This document shows positions 27,296-39,932 of a DNA stretch of 64,000 bases, in pieces (within the stretch, counting starts at the first letter, position 1; each line of letters starts with the position of its first letter). The stretch is from Lepidodermella squamata (lineage: Eukaryota > Animalia > Gastrotricha). The notes beneath the pieces are model-generated. The model saw nothing but the letters and a program-made list of their open reading frames with translations, had not been told where the DNA came from and did no database searches. The position numbers and the translations under genes are program-made. The stretch covers positions 62,001 to 126,000 of the forward strand of contig JBLDXI010000038.1 in assembly GCA_047495785.1 (NCBI GenBank). The letters are read 5' to 3'.

Positions 27296-29005
27296 TGAGT
27301 AGTCGGTGACTCCTTTCGGCGACGATTTTTTCTTGGTCTTATCCGCAGGCAATGCGTTCTTATTATGTTTACTGGCTGCTCGCCCAATTTCTGCTTATTC
27401 TTGCATGAACTGAGAAAGCAGAAGTTCTAATTGGCTTCTAAAACACGAAATCTAAATCAAGAAGGAAATAAATGCAAGAAGAAGAAAAGTGATAGTAAGC
27501 ATAGAAATGGTAATCGTATGTTAATAGAACTAATCTTTTGCTTGGATTGTAACAAATTCAAAGTGAAGCACAATAACGACGAGGAACGATAATGTTCAAG
27601 TCAAGACGGATATTGATAGAGGCAAGATAGAGGCATATCATTCAACGGAGATGCAGCAATATGAAACATATTTTTCTATCTTGGTAGCGCGCCTCCTTGG
27701 GAAATCCATGATCTACGTTTTATACCCCAAAAGCTTCTCCGCACTCCTCACGTCTCAACGGTTGAATTATCAAATCATGCGAGGAACAGGATGCATCGCA
27801 TCAGATCATAGTCGAATTTGGAATAGGACCCCGCTGATACCCAGTTAGAGGATTAACACTGGAGGTACGCTTGCACAATCCACAATCCACGCGTCCACCA
27901 CCACCGCCACAGCCGATTCATCAGACATCGGGCATCGGGATCGACATTTGATAGGGAATGATCACGTTGGAGTGAAAAATTAAAGTTTGATTACTACCTT
28001 CTACCTTTAGAAACGTACATAACTGTTATTTTCACCGAACACCGGCGAAAGCCGCAACTAGCAACTAGCAAGACGATCAACTCGGCAAAAAACTAAGTCA
28101 GGCGGGCCAAAACTACGAATAAAAAACCGAAAACTACACATCGTTTTTATTTGATTTTTACGGGTAATAAAATTTAAAATATCGATTACATGGCGGTATT
28201 ACCCTTGTTAATAATTCGGATTTATTGAATAATTATTTTACTGAATGCGATAGGGATGGAGGGTCTCTAAATGCCTCAATATTTGGTTCATGTCGCAGGT
28301 GCCTTCTTGAAAGCGAAAATGAGATCGAACTGGACGGCGCACTTAGCGGGTTAGGCACAAGGCCATCCGTTCATCCGTCTTCCATGTTTCTGGTTTACTT
28401 AGCGATGGGGATTTGGGCTTTTTAATTGGTTATTTGAAAGAAATTCAATTCAGCGATTGTCTTGAGCGTATGATTCGGCTTGCTTGACATCAGTAATAAG
28501 CTATTTTGCATAGTTCGCACATCGCACGCTACTTTTGACTTTTACAGCATTTTTTGTTATTTTGGTTTAGGTGAAGCCCATCTTTTAGTTAACAGTACCA
28601 ACAGTGCCAGCAGCCAGCAGCCAGCAGTTATAGGGCCAACATATTACCGGAATCGGTGGAATACACTGAGGGTAGCTCGCGAAGGAACAAACATAGAGTA
28701 ACATACTAAGGTCATTATTTTAGTGCTGGAGCTGAGCATGATCTCGCATCTCATCTTCACATGCCTCATGCCTGTTCATTCTGCCTATATGTTATCGCTT
28801 AAATCATATCCATTTAATGTTGTGCGATAAACGCCGACGTAATGGCATTTAATTGTCCCTCGCGTCTCGCGTTGCTTGGGAGAGATGTCTGGCGAATCTG
28901 GATGAGTAGATTTTCAATTGCCTTGAGCTGAAATGCATTGCCTATTATATTATTTGCTATTTTCTATCATTGTGACATCTGTCAATTTCATAGGTTTTTA
29001 CGAAG

Positions 29006-29898
29006 ATGATGCCAAACGGGCCTCCTCGAAATAACAAGCTTTTTGATGATGACATCATGGGGCTTCAAGAGCGCCTCGAAAAGGGGCTTTTAACTAGCTC
29101 ATCCGGTGAATCTGACTCATCTCTAGGAGATGCTGGGGACGCAGAGCTAGAGTTGGACAAGCGAAATCTCTGGATGGTGTTTCAAACTGCTGCTGGCTCT
29201 ATCGCACAACTGTATCGGGGTTTGTGATGTCTTGATTCAACGAAACTTTACGACATCTTTGGCGTTTATAGAAGGTTATCAGTGGGATGCGGAGGCTGCC
29301 TGGACACCTTTTCAAGCAGCTGCTTTAGCTGTGACTAACCTTTACAAAGGTTTGCAATCTGTTAATGACTGACTTATTAATAATCCGCTGGAAAATTGTT
29401 ATAGAAAGCCTCTTGCTTTCTGCCAAAGCATACGAAGTCGGAAAACGGAATGGTCAAAACAAGGTAACTCGAGAACTTCTGCAACATTTGCGCCACTCGC
29501 CTAAGAAAATACGTCGCGATGAAGTCCTCACTGTTCTGTCAAGCCGTCAGCGTATGCGCTCTTCTCCGAGTGCTTCGTCTCAGACCCTTCTGGCGTCTTC
29601 CAGTGCCCAATCGTCTCTTGTCCAAACTTTAGAACAAGAACAGCTTGACCTCGCTCTATTTAATGATGCAGTAACGAGAGGGTTGCCGAATGGAGCTTTC
29701 CCTAACGCCGGTTTTCAGCGTAAACGGCCCTCTTCTGTCGCCTTTCCGCCTGTTCAAAACACTTCTCCGTCTCGCACTGGAGGCACATCTTCACCGCAGT
29801 ACACTGCTACTGCGACTCCTATGAGCGACATGGACTTCCAGGTTTCTCAATTTGACACGGCATGTCAGCGTAAAAGGCAAAAACCTCATCCTCACTAG
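29006..29898 (+). CDS. HAPSTR1: HUWE1-associated protein modifying stress responses (C16orf72 / DUF4588)
   Basis: Exons 29006-29219, 29271-29349, 29405-29898. LWMVFQTAAGSIAQLYR, WTPFQAAALAVTNLYKES, KIRRDEVL, and a C-terminal basic NLS-like RKRQK. Confidence 0.85.
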
Positions 29899-31054
29899 TT
29901 AGTTGATAGTATTTGAATTTCCCATTATCGAAACAGGTGACAATGATTTATATTGATGTATTATACATATCTATGTTCATTAAGCGTGAGTGGAGTCGAA
30001 TAATCTTTGCGAGCGTTTGACCCACGTAAGCCGTATGCAGCTAGTTGGCCGCTTTCAATACACCGTTATTTTGTATATAATGCTTGTACTCGCCTTAATC
30101 ATTTTAAGTCGCGACCATAGCATGTATTTGACTTGTTCACTTGGCGAAACTGTCGACCAATATAGCAACTTGTTTATAGCCTCTCTTTATCCCGAAGAGC
30201 CTGTAGCGAGACTACAACCCTTGATATATTAATTCATCTCATCATTGTTTCAACTTCGTTCAAAATGTCAAGATACGCGTTTATCATTCAGTGAATAGCT
30301 CTTGATATGCCATTGACATTGGATACCTATCACATAATCCGCGACCTGATTTATCACAGATCGAGTATCACAGTTGTAAGATTGCGGTGCTTTTCGCTTC
30401 TTGATATTCATGCCTATACTTTTACCCTCGCATTGCGTTATAATTGTCACCTGAACGTGCGAGCCTTCTCTTTCATAGCTGGCATTTTATGTCAGCAATG
30501 GCGACAACAGTCAAAGCTTAAGACATTGACCTCTATGATTATAGTTGAGAAAATAATAATTTTTGTTTATGCCTTCAGCCCGTCGAGCCAGCCGCGAGTG
30601 AGCAAGATATGAATTTATTTAACTATTCTTGTGTTCTTACTGCGAGCGGAATAATTTTTCTGGTGTGCGTGTGTTGTACATACAATAAATACTTATAACC
30701 AACAAAAATGAATATTATACTATTCTTATATTAATGCGAAAAAGTTATGATGGATATATCTTTTTACTTACCACTTCTCTTTCTGCAGTGGTTTTTTTTT
30801 GTTACCACAAATGTTTCAGGAGGTTACATACAAAAATCTTCCCTTCGCTGTAAGATGATTATATTGTTCAAGGCCGTGTTACTAGAAGGTTAAAACTGAT
30901 GGCGACTTAACTCTTTAGTTATTACAGGAGGGATTTTGATGATAAGATTGGTAATTGAATCACAGTCAGAGTTGTTGTTGTATCGAATAAATGATAAGAA
31001 AAACTTTACAAATTGTTATATATTTTTTTAGGTTTTTAATATTGAGTTTTGCTC

Positions 31055-32997
31055 ATGTCTTCTGCACGCCGTGCTCGAGGCTCAACTCCGGTTCCTAAAC
31101 CAAGTCAATCTTCTCAGTCAAATGAATCTAACCTCAACGTGACCGCTGATGTCAGTTTCACGTCACCACCGCCGAGCACTCCGGGCGGCGCTGCTGCATT
31201 CGCGAAATCGCCCCTCGTTGCGGCTCGAATCGAGGAGAAACAATTTTTGGCGACTTGCAACAACAAACTAGCCGCGTACATCGAACGCAATCGCCAGCTA
31301 GAAAATGAGAACCAGCGAGTGACGACTCAGCTGACGACCATCCAGACTACGCATGTCGAGGAGACGCGCCATTTGAGGGAGGTCTACGAGCGCGAGCTCG
31401 AAGAGACGCGCCACACCCTGGACAAGGTGTCACAAGAGCGGGCCCAGTTGCAGCTGGAGAACGCGAAACTACGCACGGAGAACGATGAGCTCAAACACAG
31501 GTTAGTTGTTGACCCCGCTTTGCGCCTGACTTGACGCACGTAAACCAGGATTATGATGTTTTTATTTGCCATGGCGTTGTTTACCCGATGCTTTGTTTAT
31601 CATACACGTGTAGACTGTCTAAATTGTCGGCGGACCTCGATGCCGCCACGAAGCGCGCCGATACAAACGAGGCGAAAGCGGCCGATGCCCTGCGCAAGTC
31701 TGCCGATGCGGAACAGGCCCGTCAGGCGGCTGTCAACCAGCTTAACGAGGTGTTGCGCAACAAAGACCGCATCGAACGCACTCTGGCGGAGGCGCAGGCC
31801 CAGCTCGAAAAAGAAACGCTCGCCCGAGTCGAGGCGCAGAACCTCCTGCAGTCGACCATCGAACGCGCCGCTTTTCAGGAAAATGTGCTCAAGCAACAAA
31901 TTACGGAAACGCGGACCGTGCAAGAGGCGACTGTTACGAAAATTGCCGTTGAATTACAGGAGGACTACGACTCAAGGCTTGAGCAGGCGCTTGAGAACAT
32001 GCGATCGGATTACTCGACTCAGATTGAGCAAATTCGGGCTGATGTAGGCCGCCAGCATCAGGGCAAAATCAACGAACTGAAACAGCAGACGGAACGTTTG
32101 ATTGCCGAGGCGAAACAGGCGCGTAATGAAGTAGGGTCGTCGCGAATCCGTATCGAAGACCTTCAGACCCAGCTAACTTCGCTACAAAGCCAGAACCAGC
32201 TGATGAACCAGCGCCTGCGTGATGCAGAAAACGCGGCTGAGAAGCTGCGCAACGAACGCGATGAGCAACACGCGAACCTGATTGCGGAGATTGAACGCTT
32301 GAGCAACGAACTAGCCTCGTTGAGACAGGAGCATAACGAGTTGCTAGAGTCGCGCATTACAATTGACATGGAGCTGCAGGCATATCGTAAGATGCTGGAC
32401 GCCGAGGAGGAGCGCATCAGCCCTCATAGTTTGTCGCGGCCGAGGAAGCGCGCCCGTCGCACCGACATGGGCACCCCAGCCGGTCCGGGCGGCGCCTCGT
32501 CGCATGACATTTCGATCGTGACGCAGCAGACTGAGGTTCGGTTCACGGCTCAGCAACACGTTTCCGGCCCGGTTGAGATCAGTGACATCGACCCGGATGG
32601 TCGCTTCGTCCGCCTGGTCAATGTTGGCGATAATGAAGTTGCGATGAGTGGCTGGCAGTTCAAGCTCGCGGGTGGAGATATGAACGGAGAAGTTGCTCAC
32701 AAATTCTCACGTGGTTTCACTCTGGGCGCGCACCAGGCTTGCACCGTCTGGGCCAATTCCAAAGTCGCTCCCTCGCCGATTCCGGACACGGACGTTTTAG
32801 CCCGCCCGAACGCCGTTCGCTTCCCCGCCCCGACCGCCCAGAACCCGGTGGTGCGTGCCACCCTGCAAGACAACCAGGCGCAACCGAACGTGGTAGCAGA
32901 CGTCGAAGTCCGCCGAGAAGTGATCGTCGTTGGCTCGGAAGCGGCCGGTGGCCATCTCGGATCACCGGGAAGCAACCGCCAGTGCTGTGTCATGTAG
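31055..32997 (+). CDS. Nuclear lamin (B-type)
   Basis: Exons 31055-31500 and 31614-32997. SP...RIEEK...NNKLAAYIER, rod end IDMELQAYRKMLDAEEER, NLS RKRAR, lamin tail domain (DPDGRFVRLVN), CaaX CCVM. Confidence 0.95.
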
Positions 32998-34984
32998 AAA
33001 AATGGCGCATTAGATTTTTAACTGACATTGATATGACAGTGTACTTTTTGTTGTGTGTAAATTTTTTAGCCTGTCTTTTAAAGAAGAAAATTTATCTCCC
33101 TCCCGCTCTACCCACTGCTGCTGTTTTTTGTTGATCTTTTTTCCAGTTTGATGACGATGATGATGATGAAGTCCTTATTACGTAGTCGTTGCTGTGGAGA
33201 ACCGTGGTGCTCAATGATTGTTAACATCTTGTTTTTTTTTAGCAAAGAACCGGTGCGTGTCCTCTCCACAAAAAGTCGCTCATCCTCGCGTGTTGTAAAT
33301 ATTCAAATATATCGAGAATTACTGCTTCAATAACCAATCACTGATGTCATTATCGAGATATGAAATTCCATGAACAACGTGATTTGCGAAAATACTATTA
33401 CTACATGTGTGCGCGTGTAATGTTCCACCCTGCGTTGTTGTGAAACTTGCTGGTACTCGAACTGAATACTAATCAATCTACATAAAAATCAATCAGCACG
33501 ATCGTCCTAGTTTTTTTTGCACGCTATTCAATCAAACGTATATGAAGTGATTCAGATATATTATATCGGCTTGCTGTCCTAGAAGTTTTCTACGCTGATG
33601 ATTATCTCGTCCAGGGTTGACTAATAAAACTAGGAAAGCTTTGCGAGTTGTCAACTTTTATGGATGAAGCGAGTGTTGGAAATTCTGATGTTTATTGCTC
33701 AGTTGTCGACGACACATCTGCGGTGTTTTCGAACAAAAATGAAGTGGTGAAAAATGAGCGTTTTATTACACATTCTCTACTCTGCTGCTGCTGTTGTGTT
33801 ACTGCCTGATGTACAGAGTTTGTGCGTGTGGTCATCTTTTGAAAAATAATAATATAGTCAAATAAAAAATGGCGAAAAAACCTGCCCTGGCGTTTTTTGC
33901 AGACGGGTCATTAGACGTGGTCAAAAGGTTGAGATGAATTATGCACGAGAGCTTTTCTCCGGTGAATGACGGAAGAACTAACGGAATAAATTACTACGGT
34001 TCAACGCATTAGTTTCATATTCCTGTCATTTCGTCTGCGTGATAATGCTTTCAGGGGAGACAGCACTTCCTTGTGCGCCGGTGCTTCTCTAAGCAGGAAA
34101 GATGCGCGAAGGTTCGAAGCTGCGCCATCAGACAGCATTAGTTCTTCCGCTCCGATTTGTACGCAACACACCGGCGGCAGATCGAAACGGCTGAGTTATT
34201 TCAGTGAGATGAAGTAGTCAGATTCGGTAGGTAGATGAACTTTAGGCAGAGTGTTGCCTGCCATCTTGAATTACGGATACCCAAAGCCAGCTTAGTTGCA
34301 GTTTTACTTGTTTTACAAACCCACGTTGAATGATTGAGATTTGAATCCCGTCACGACCAGAAATAAGTCAGGTGTCATTCAAGGCGCAAACCACTCAAAC
34401 AATGCCGAAGTGTTATCCCGAAGTGAAGTAGTTCGCTTATTTGTAAGACTACGCCGCCGAGTATCTTCAGCAATTCCTCATTTTAAAGCTATAAAACAGC
34501 TGACTAAAGCCCGGAGACAAACTTTGGGCCCACACGTTAAGAATTGCTTGTTCTCCTTTAAAGTTTCAATTTTGGGCATCACTCTAGCGAATATGTATAA
34601 TTTCGTCGTCGACGCGGAAAAAGGTGCAATGTCCATGGCCGAAAATGACTTTTTGACGGATTCGTTATCGCCTCACCGCGCTTTATCGTGCTGAAAATCA
34701 GGCTTCAAAATTCCTTAGGGATCATAAGAGCTGTGTCCACTTAGGGTGCCGGTTTACGAGGTCACTTATCGGTCAGGCTAAATCCACAAGTCACACCAGA
34801 AATGAATAATGAAACAAAAAATGAACGTGAATCATTTACGACCATTTTTTGCAATAATTTTGCAATAATCATTGAACTGGGTTCATAGAAATATTCACAA
34901 GATTACTCGATTTGCTCATATCCAATTGTCTACGACTCGTTCCGATATTCTTAAATCTCAGCCGGCGCAATTCAGAAACTTTTA

Positions 34985-35690
34985 CCGTTATGTCTTAAAA
35001 ATTTATGAATATGAACTGGGGTGACTTTGTGCAGCGGGGTCCCTTTGATATGCCTTGTGCGACTTAGGCATACCAAACATCCAAAATGATATGATGAAGA
35101 CCCCATGAATGAGGTACCGCTGGATAGCCTGTATAAAGGGTAATCTGAAAATGTTAAATAGGTAATTCCCATTTTGAGCAGGCTTTGTTGAAACGGGCCT
35201 CAAAGTTTTAATGAAAATATAAATTGTTCAACATTTTCCCATAACGTTACCTGTTACTTTAAGTCCCCAAAAGGGTGGTATTGATGTTCATTGTACACAT
35301 ACAGGCTGGCCTTTCCTTGGGCTATCCAACGCTATCCAACGGTCTTCATCATACCATTTTGGATTTGTGATTGCCCATGTCACCCCATTTTGGCATGTCA
35401 AAGTGACCCCAGTTGACGGTATGTAATCGAAATCGAACACATATTATTCATAATTCCACTAACAGCGCCGCTGCTGCTGGCTGCTGGAACCTTCGCAAAA
35501 GATGTTGGATTATTTCGCCATAACGCATAAATAGCGCAGATTATGAACCATAGATAGGAGGCCAGTAAATAGGACTTTAATGCTTCAATGTTGTTTGATC
35601 GGAACTGTTGGGAACCGGAGAGTTCTGGAGAGCCGTCCGATGAACCAATAATCAATCTCGAAAGCGGCCGCCATATCAACAATTTTTACG
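34985..35690 (-). pseudogene. Possible decayed spliced gene of unknown family
   Basis: Removing a 10-nt tandem duplication (GCTATCCAAC x2 at about 35321-35340) restores ...WYDEDRWIAQGKASLYVYNEHQIPPFWGLKVT|gtaacg...ttttcag|DYPLYRLSS..., with matching phase. A further frameshift lies upstream. Confidence 0.35.
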
Positions 35691-35726
35691 ATTTCCTAAG
35701 ACGAAATATATTGAGCTTATGGTATG

Positions 35727-35899
35727 CATGAGACGTACCAGGACGCCGGGGCTTGCATCCTCCTTAATAAAAATCTCTGCGTCGTGAGCTGCTCGCATTG
35801 ATGCACGAGTTCGGCAAAAAATAGGTTTTTTGCTCATTAAAAGATAACACAAAAACTTTTTTTTTTCTATCAAGCTCCGGCGTCCCGGTACGTCTCATG
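35727..35899. mobile_element. 173-bp MITE with an 8-bp target site duplication (hAT- or P-like)
   Basis: 29-bp TIRs CATGAGACGTACC(A/G)GGACGCCGG(G/A)GCTTG; ATGGTATG duplicated at 35719-26 and 35900-07. Confidence 0.85.
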
Positions 35900-38728
35900 A
35901 TGGTATGGTATGGGATGGTAAAACTTGCTGATACGGGGAACCTTGCTCTGCAGCAACGCAGATCTCGAGCCGAGTGCAGAAACTCACAATGGTTATTCTG
36001 CGACTTTCAAATAGGGTCAAAGACTGAGATTACTATTTAAACCGATTCCCATGCCAAGAAAATGGAGTTGTTGAGAATTGTTGAGGATTACCATCAGCCA
36101 TCGCTTATTGATGCAAGCTGTATATGTTTGAAGTAAACAGCAAGCGTTTGAAAACGTGTGAAGGTGTTTGCAAATGAAAGTAAAAGGTAAGTTTGTTGGA
36201 TGACCAAACTTGTGTTTGTTTAGATTTAAAAGTTTGGTCGGGAAAACATTTCGTTCATCTTTAGAAAATTGATGAAAAGCTAATGTCATGGGGTAATGGG
36301 AGCTTTGCGTTTGAGAAGCGCCCATATGGAATGCACAATATTCATTCACAATAATGCTCTCCCAACACTTCAAAGAGTCGAACATAATTTTGCCAGTTTA
36401 TTCGTTGTGGTTTCTGGTTTCTGAAGTTCAGAGACGTGATAAAAAAACCAAAAAGCTGGTGGTTTCTGCTGTTCTTCCCGTTAGTTCCCATAGAGCCCAG
36501 TTCATTTGTAATCTCGCAACTTCTCGCAACTGAATCTGACGCAGTTGAAATTGAATCAATTTGTGAACGTTTTCTCGGTTTAATCGAGGCTTTTTAAATT
36601 TAACGGGAAAACAGGAATGAAAAATAGATGACCACCTTTTGTTATGCGAAATTGAGAAACTTCTGGACCTTTTCAACAGCTGCAGACCGGTTAGTGTACT
36701 TGGTCAATGTTATTATTGCAGCAGCTTTGACGCGAGAGGTTTTGTGTAGATGGACAGGAAATTAGAAGTGGCCAAGAAAGCAGCTTTTACAACCTTGGCT
36801 AGATTCCAAGCTGACGATATGAAAGGCTTTCCATCATTTCTAAACCCCAACAGATTGCCTCATTTGGAGCTTTTAACGCATCTTAATTTATTTTCAACTT
36901 CAACTCGAATTAATTCTTCAAATATAATGTAAACAGCTTATGCTTATGTCGACACCAAATAATTGTTGCTATTTTATGCTCGCTCCATGTTGTGCTACGC
37001 TTGAACCCCAATGTTCTCATTCAATGCATTCTGCCACACCGCTTTTATTTATTTCAGCAGCGAACTGCGTTATATTATTGTGTTTATAATTTCCTGTGGC
37101 GTACTCGATGACCTTGCCACACCGCCGTGCCTTTTACCGGCATTTTTTTCTCGTTGGCAGAGAACTTACTGGAAAAACGTCGATGATCCTGTGCTCAGCT
37201 GAGTAAGCAGACGGGACATACCTATTAGGCTTTGTATGCAAACAAGAGCTAATTTCTAATGCGCAGAATTTATGAATCGTTTTTTAGTCATTTTTTTCGT
37301 GCACGCGCTTATTCCCTGGCCGCAGCTGAAATTTTGATAAGGCATGCGTGATATCCCCGTGAAGTGTCGAATGGCAGTTTTTTTTTCTTGCATAGTAATA
37401 TAATACAGTTCCTTCGCGTGCATAAAAAATTGCTGTGAATATGCGACGATGGGCACAGGATCATGCTTATCATCGAGGGACATGCCGGCATTTTTTATTC
37501 AGCTTTTCACCTCTATCCGCGGTATTTGCGCGTGGTGAACTCGGCGGCCCCGTAAACAAGCGCGATTTCAAAACAATGCGTTGGGCGCGGCTGCTGAGCC
37601 TCGGCAAACAAATGAATCCGTCAAACACGCCGGTGACGCGTCGTTGAAAAACAAAGCTTTTTAACCAACGGTTTTATTTTTCAATAAAAAGTTTCGTCTT
37701 TTCAGTAGAACTCCACGTTGTTACGATTACACATCATTTTATAGAGCGAGAGTGCTGCATGGTAAATTTCATCATCCTAGCATCGGTTTTAGAATTGCTA
37801 AAACCCGATGACTGGATTTGCTTGATGCAGCGGAAGAAGATAAAGAAATCGAGAGAGATAAGGCGGCCCTGATAATAAATACTAAATAATATAATGTTAT
37901 AATGAATAATTGGTCAGAACGATCCGATATTATAATAATTATATTAATAATAAATTCAGGTACACTCCGCCAATCCGATTCAATGATTGAATGCGTTTTT
38001 ATTGTTTCAAAATGAGCACGAACGATTAAATGTAAGAAATCAATTTGCGACAACTTATCAAACAGAGAGAGAGAGAGAGAAGCGAACTCCATCAAATCGC
38101 CTGTCAAGTATTTTGCAGCGGCGTTTTTAATAAATAGGAGTAGCAACGATAGAAATCATCATCATCATCATCATTATTATGTAGAGTAAACGATGGCCGA
38201 AAGACAGCGCACAGTAATTTTTACCAGCAAACGACTGCGGAAATAAGCCCTCGGCTGCCGCAATATCCATCAGTGCGAGCAGCGGGGCGCGAAAAAATGC
38301 TCTAAAAACTAATAACCGAAAGTCAATGGCGACGACACAACGATTTTTCTAGTGACTTGTGTGCGGACATTTAAAACAAAATAGTAACGAGACACGGGGA
38401 AGAGTGAAGCCTATATATATATCTTGGTTCGGTTAATTTTCATCTCAGAGGAGCGAAACGCAAAAATATTCAGCACAAAACGATGTGTTATATTGCGAAA
38501 CAGAAACAACAATTGATGTCTTTAGGAAGCGACTGTGGGCTCATCATCGAAACGAACAATCTTTATTTGCATATCAGCTTCTTACTTTTCGAAGAGCAGT
38601 TATCATATATAAATGACAGAGGGTCATTTCCAACCAGAGAAACAAACATGCATAATAACACAAAATTTAATGCACATCAACTATTTAAGTTTTTTACTGT
38701 GGTATATCAAGGTTATTTTTACTGGTCG

Positions 38729-39932
38729 TTAAAACAGCCGGGTCGGCTGGAATATATGCGCCGCATCGCTGTTCGAATTAGAATTCGAATTCGAATTCGA
38801 AAAATGCGACGATGACAAACTGTGGCCGAAATTGCTGTGAGAAGACGATTGAGCCGAGTGGGGCATAACGAGCGATGACGATTGCGACATTCCGTGTTGC
38901 GGGTTCAACAACGTCGTCGTTCCAGTGCCGCCTGGCAACAGACACCGGTCGTAGTAGGTGGTCATCACATTCGCTGTTTCGGTCAGTTGAGACAAAATCG
39001 ACATCAGACCGCGCAGGTGCGTGCGGAACCGGCGTCGAACCACGTCCGTAGCGGCGGCGGGTAACGACGACATGCGGTTGGAAGACCGGCGGGACGACTC
39101 CACGGACGAGTTGGCGCGGTCCGCGGCGGCTGAAAGATCGGTGGTAGTCAAAGTGTTGGCGGTAGCGGGCTGTTCCTCCGAAGAATTGCTTCGAACGGAA
39201 AACATGACCAGCTCCTCTTTAGGCGTCACCGATCGGTTCTGCTCGCGTTCCGAGTCGTCGTCACAACTTTCAGGCTCGGTATCATCGTCGCCCGATAACA
39301 GCAGTTCATTTTTTATGTGGTTGAGCAGGCGATAACACGAATACATGTCAGTATCGCTGAGCTCTTCACTCACACTGTGATTAGCTTCCGCGGCGACCGG
39401 GTCGCTGCAGTCACTAGAGAGCGATGTCGCTCCGGCCATGGAGCCGGCGCCCATCGAGCCGCCACTCGCGTGCCGGCTTCGGCCGGTCTCATTCACCGGG
39501 CCAGTCGGAGTCGTCATAGCCGACAACGTGCAGGTCGACGTGTGCGGCAAACGGTGATCTCTCAGCCTTTACGAAATTACGATTCATCAAGTTCATCAAT
39601 CAAACCAAAATAGATGCAAAATACCTATTCGGAATCATGACGTGCTTGTCCATCGCAGTTACCGCTGACACAAAGCTATTCGCAGTTGCGAACAGTGAAT
39701 GCAGTTCGCTTGTGCCAGATGATTCATTTGTAATACCAACCGCCGATAGACCACCGCAGTTTTCAGTCATGTGCAGCAGTTCCTCACTTGAGGCGGCTTG
39801 AAGACGGTGCAGGTGAAATGTATTCGAGCCACTAGGCATTGTTGCTGAACGGTGATGAAATGAGCTGTTGTTTTGCTGTTGAAGATTTGAGGAATAATTC
39901 GCATCCCAACCACGGGACATTGAGGCGGCCAT
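38729..39932 (-). CDS. MID1IP1: Spot14/MID1IP1 (MIG12) family protein
   Basis: Exons 39932-39625 and 39566-38729. SLFATANSFVSAVTAMDKHVMIPNRLRD, DMYSCYRLLNHIKNEL, FRTHLRGLMSILSQLTETANVMTTYY. Confidence 0.85.

Noticed and set aside
34205-34240. Minus-strand ACCGAATCTGACTAC resembling the RNase P RNA CR-V motif
   Set aside because: Imperfect match, and no CR-I/P4 partner found at a suitable distance.
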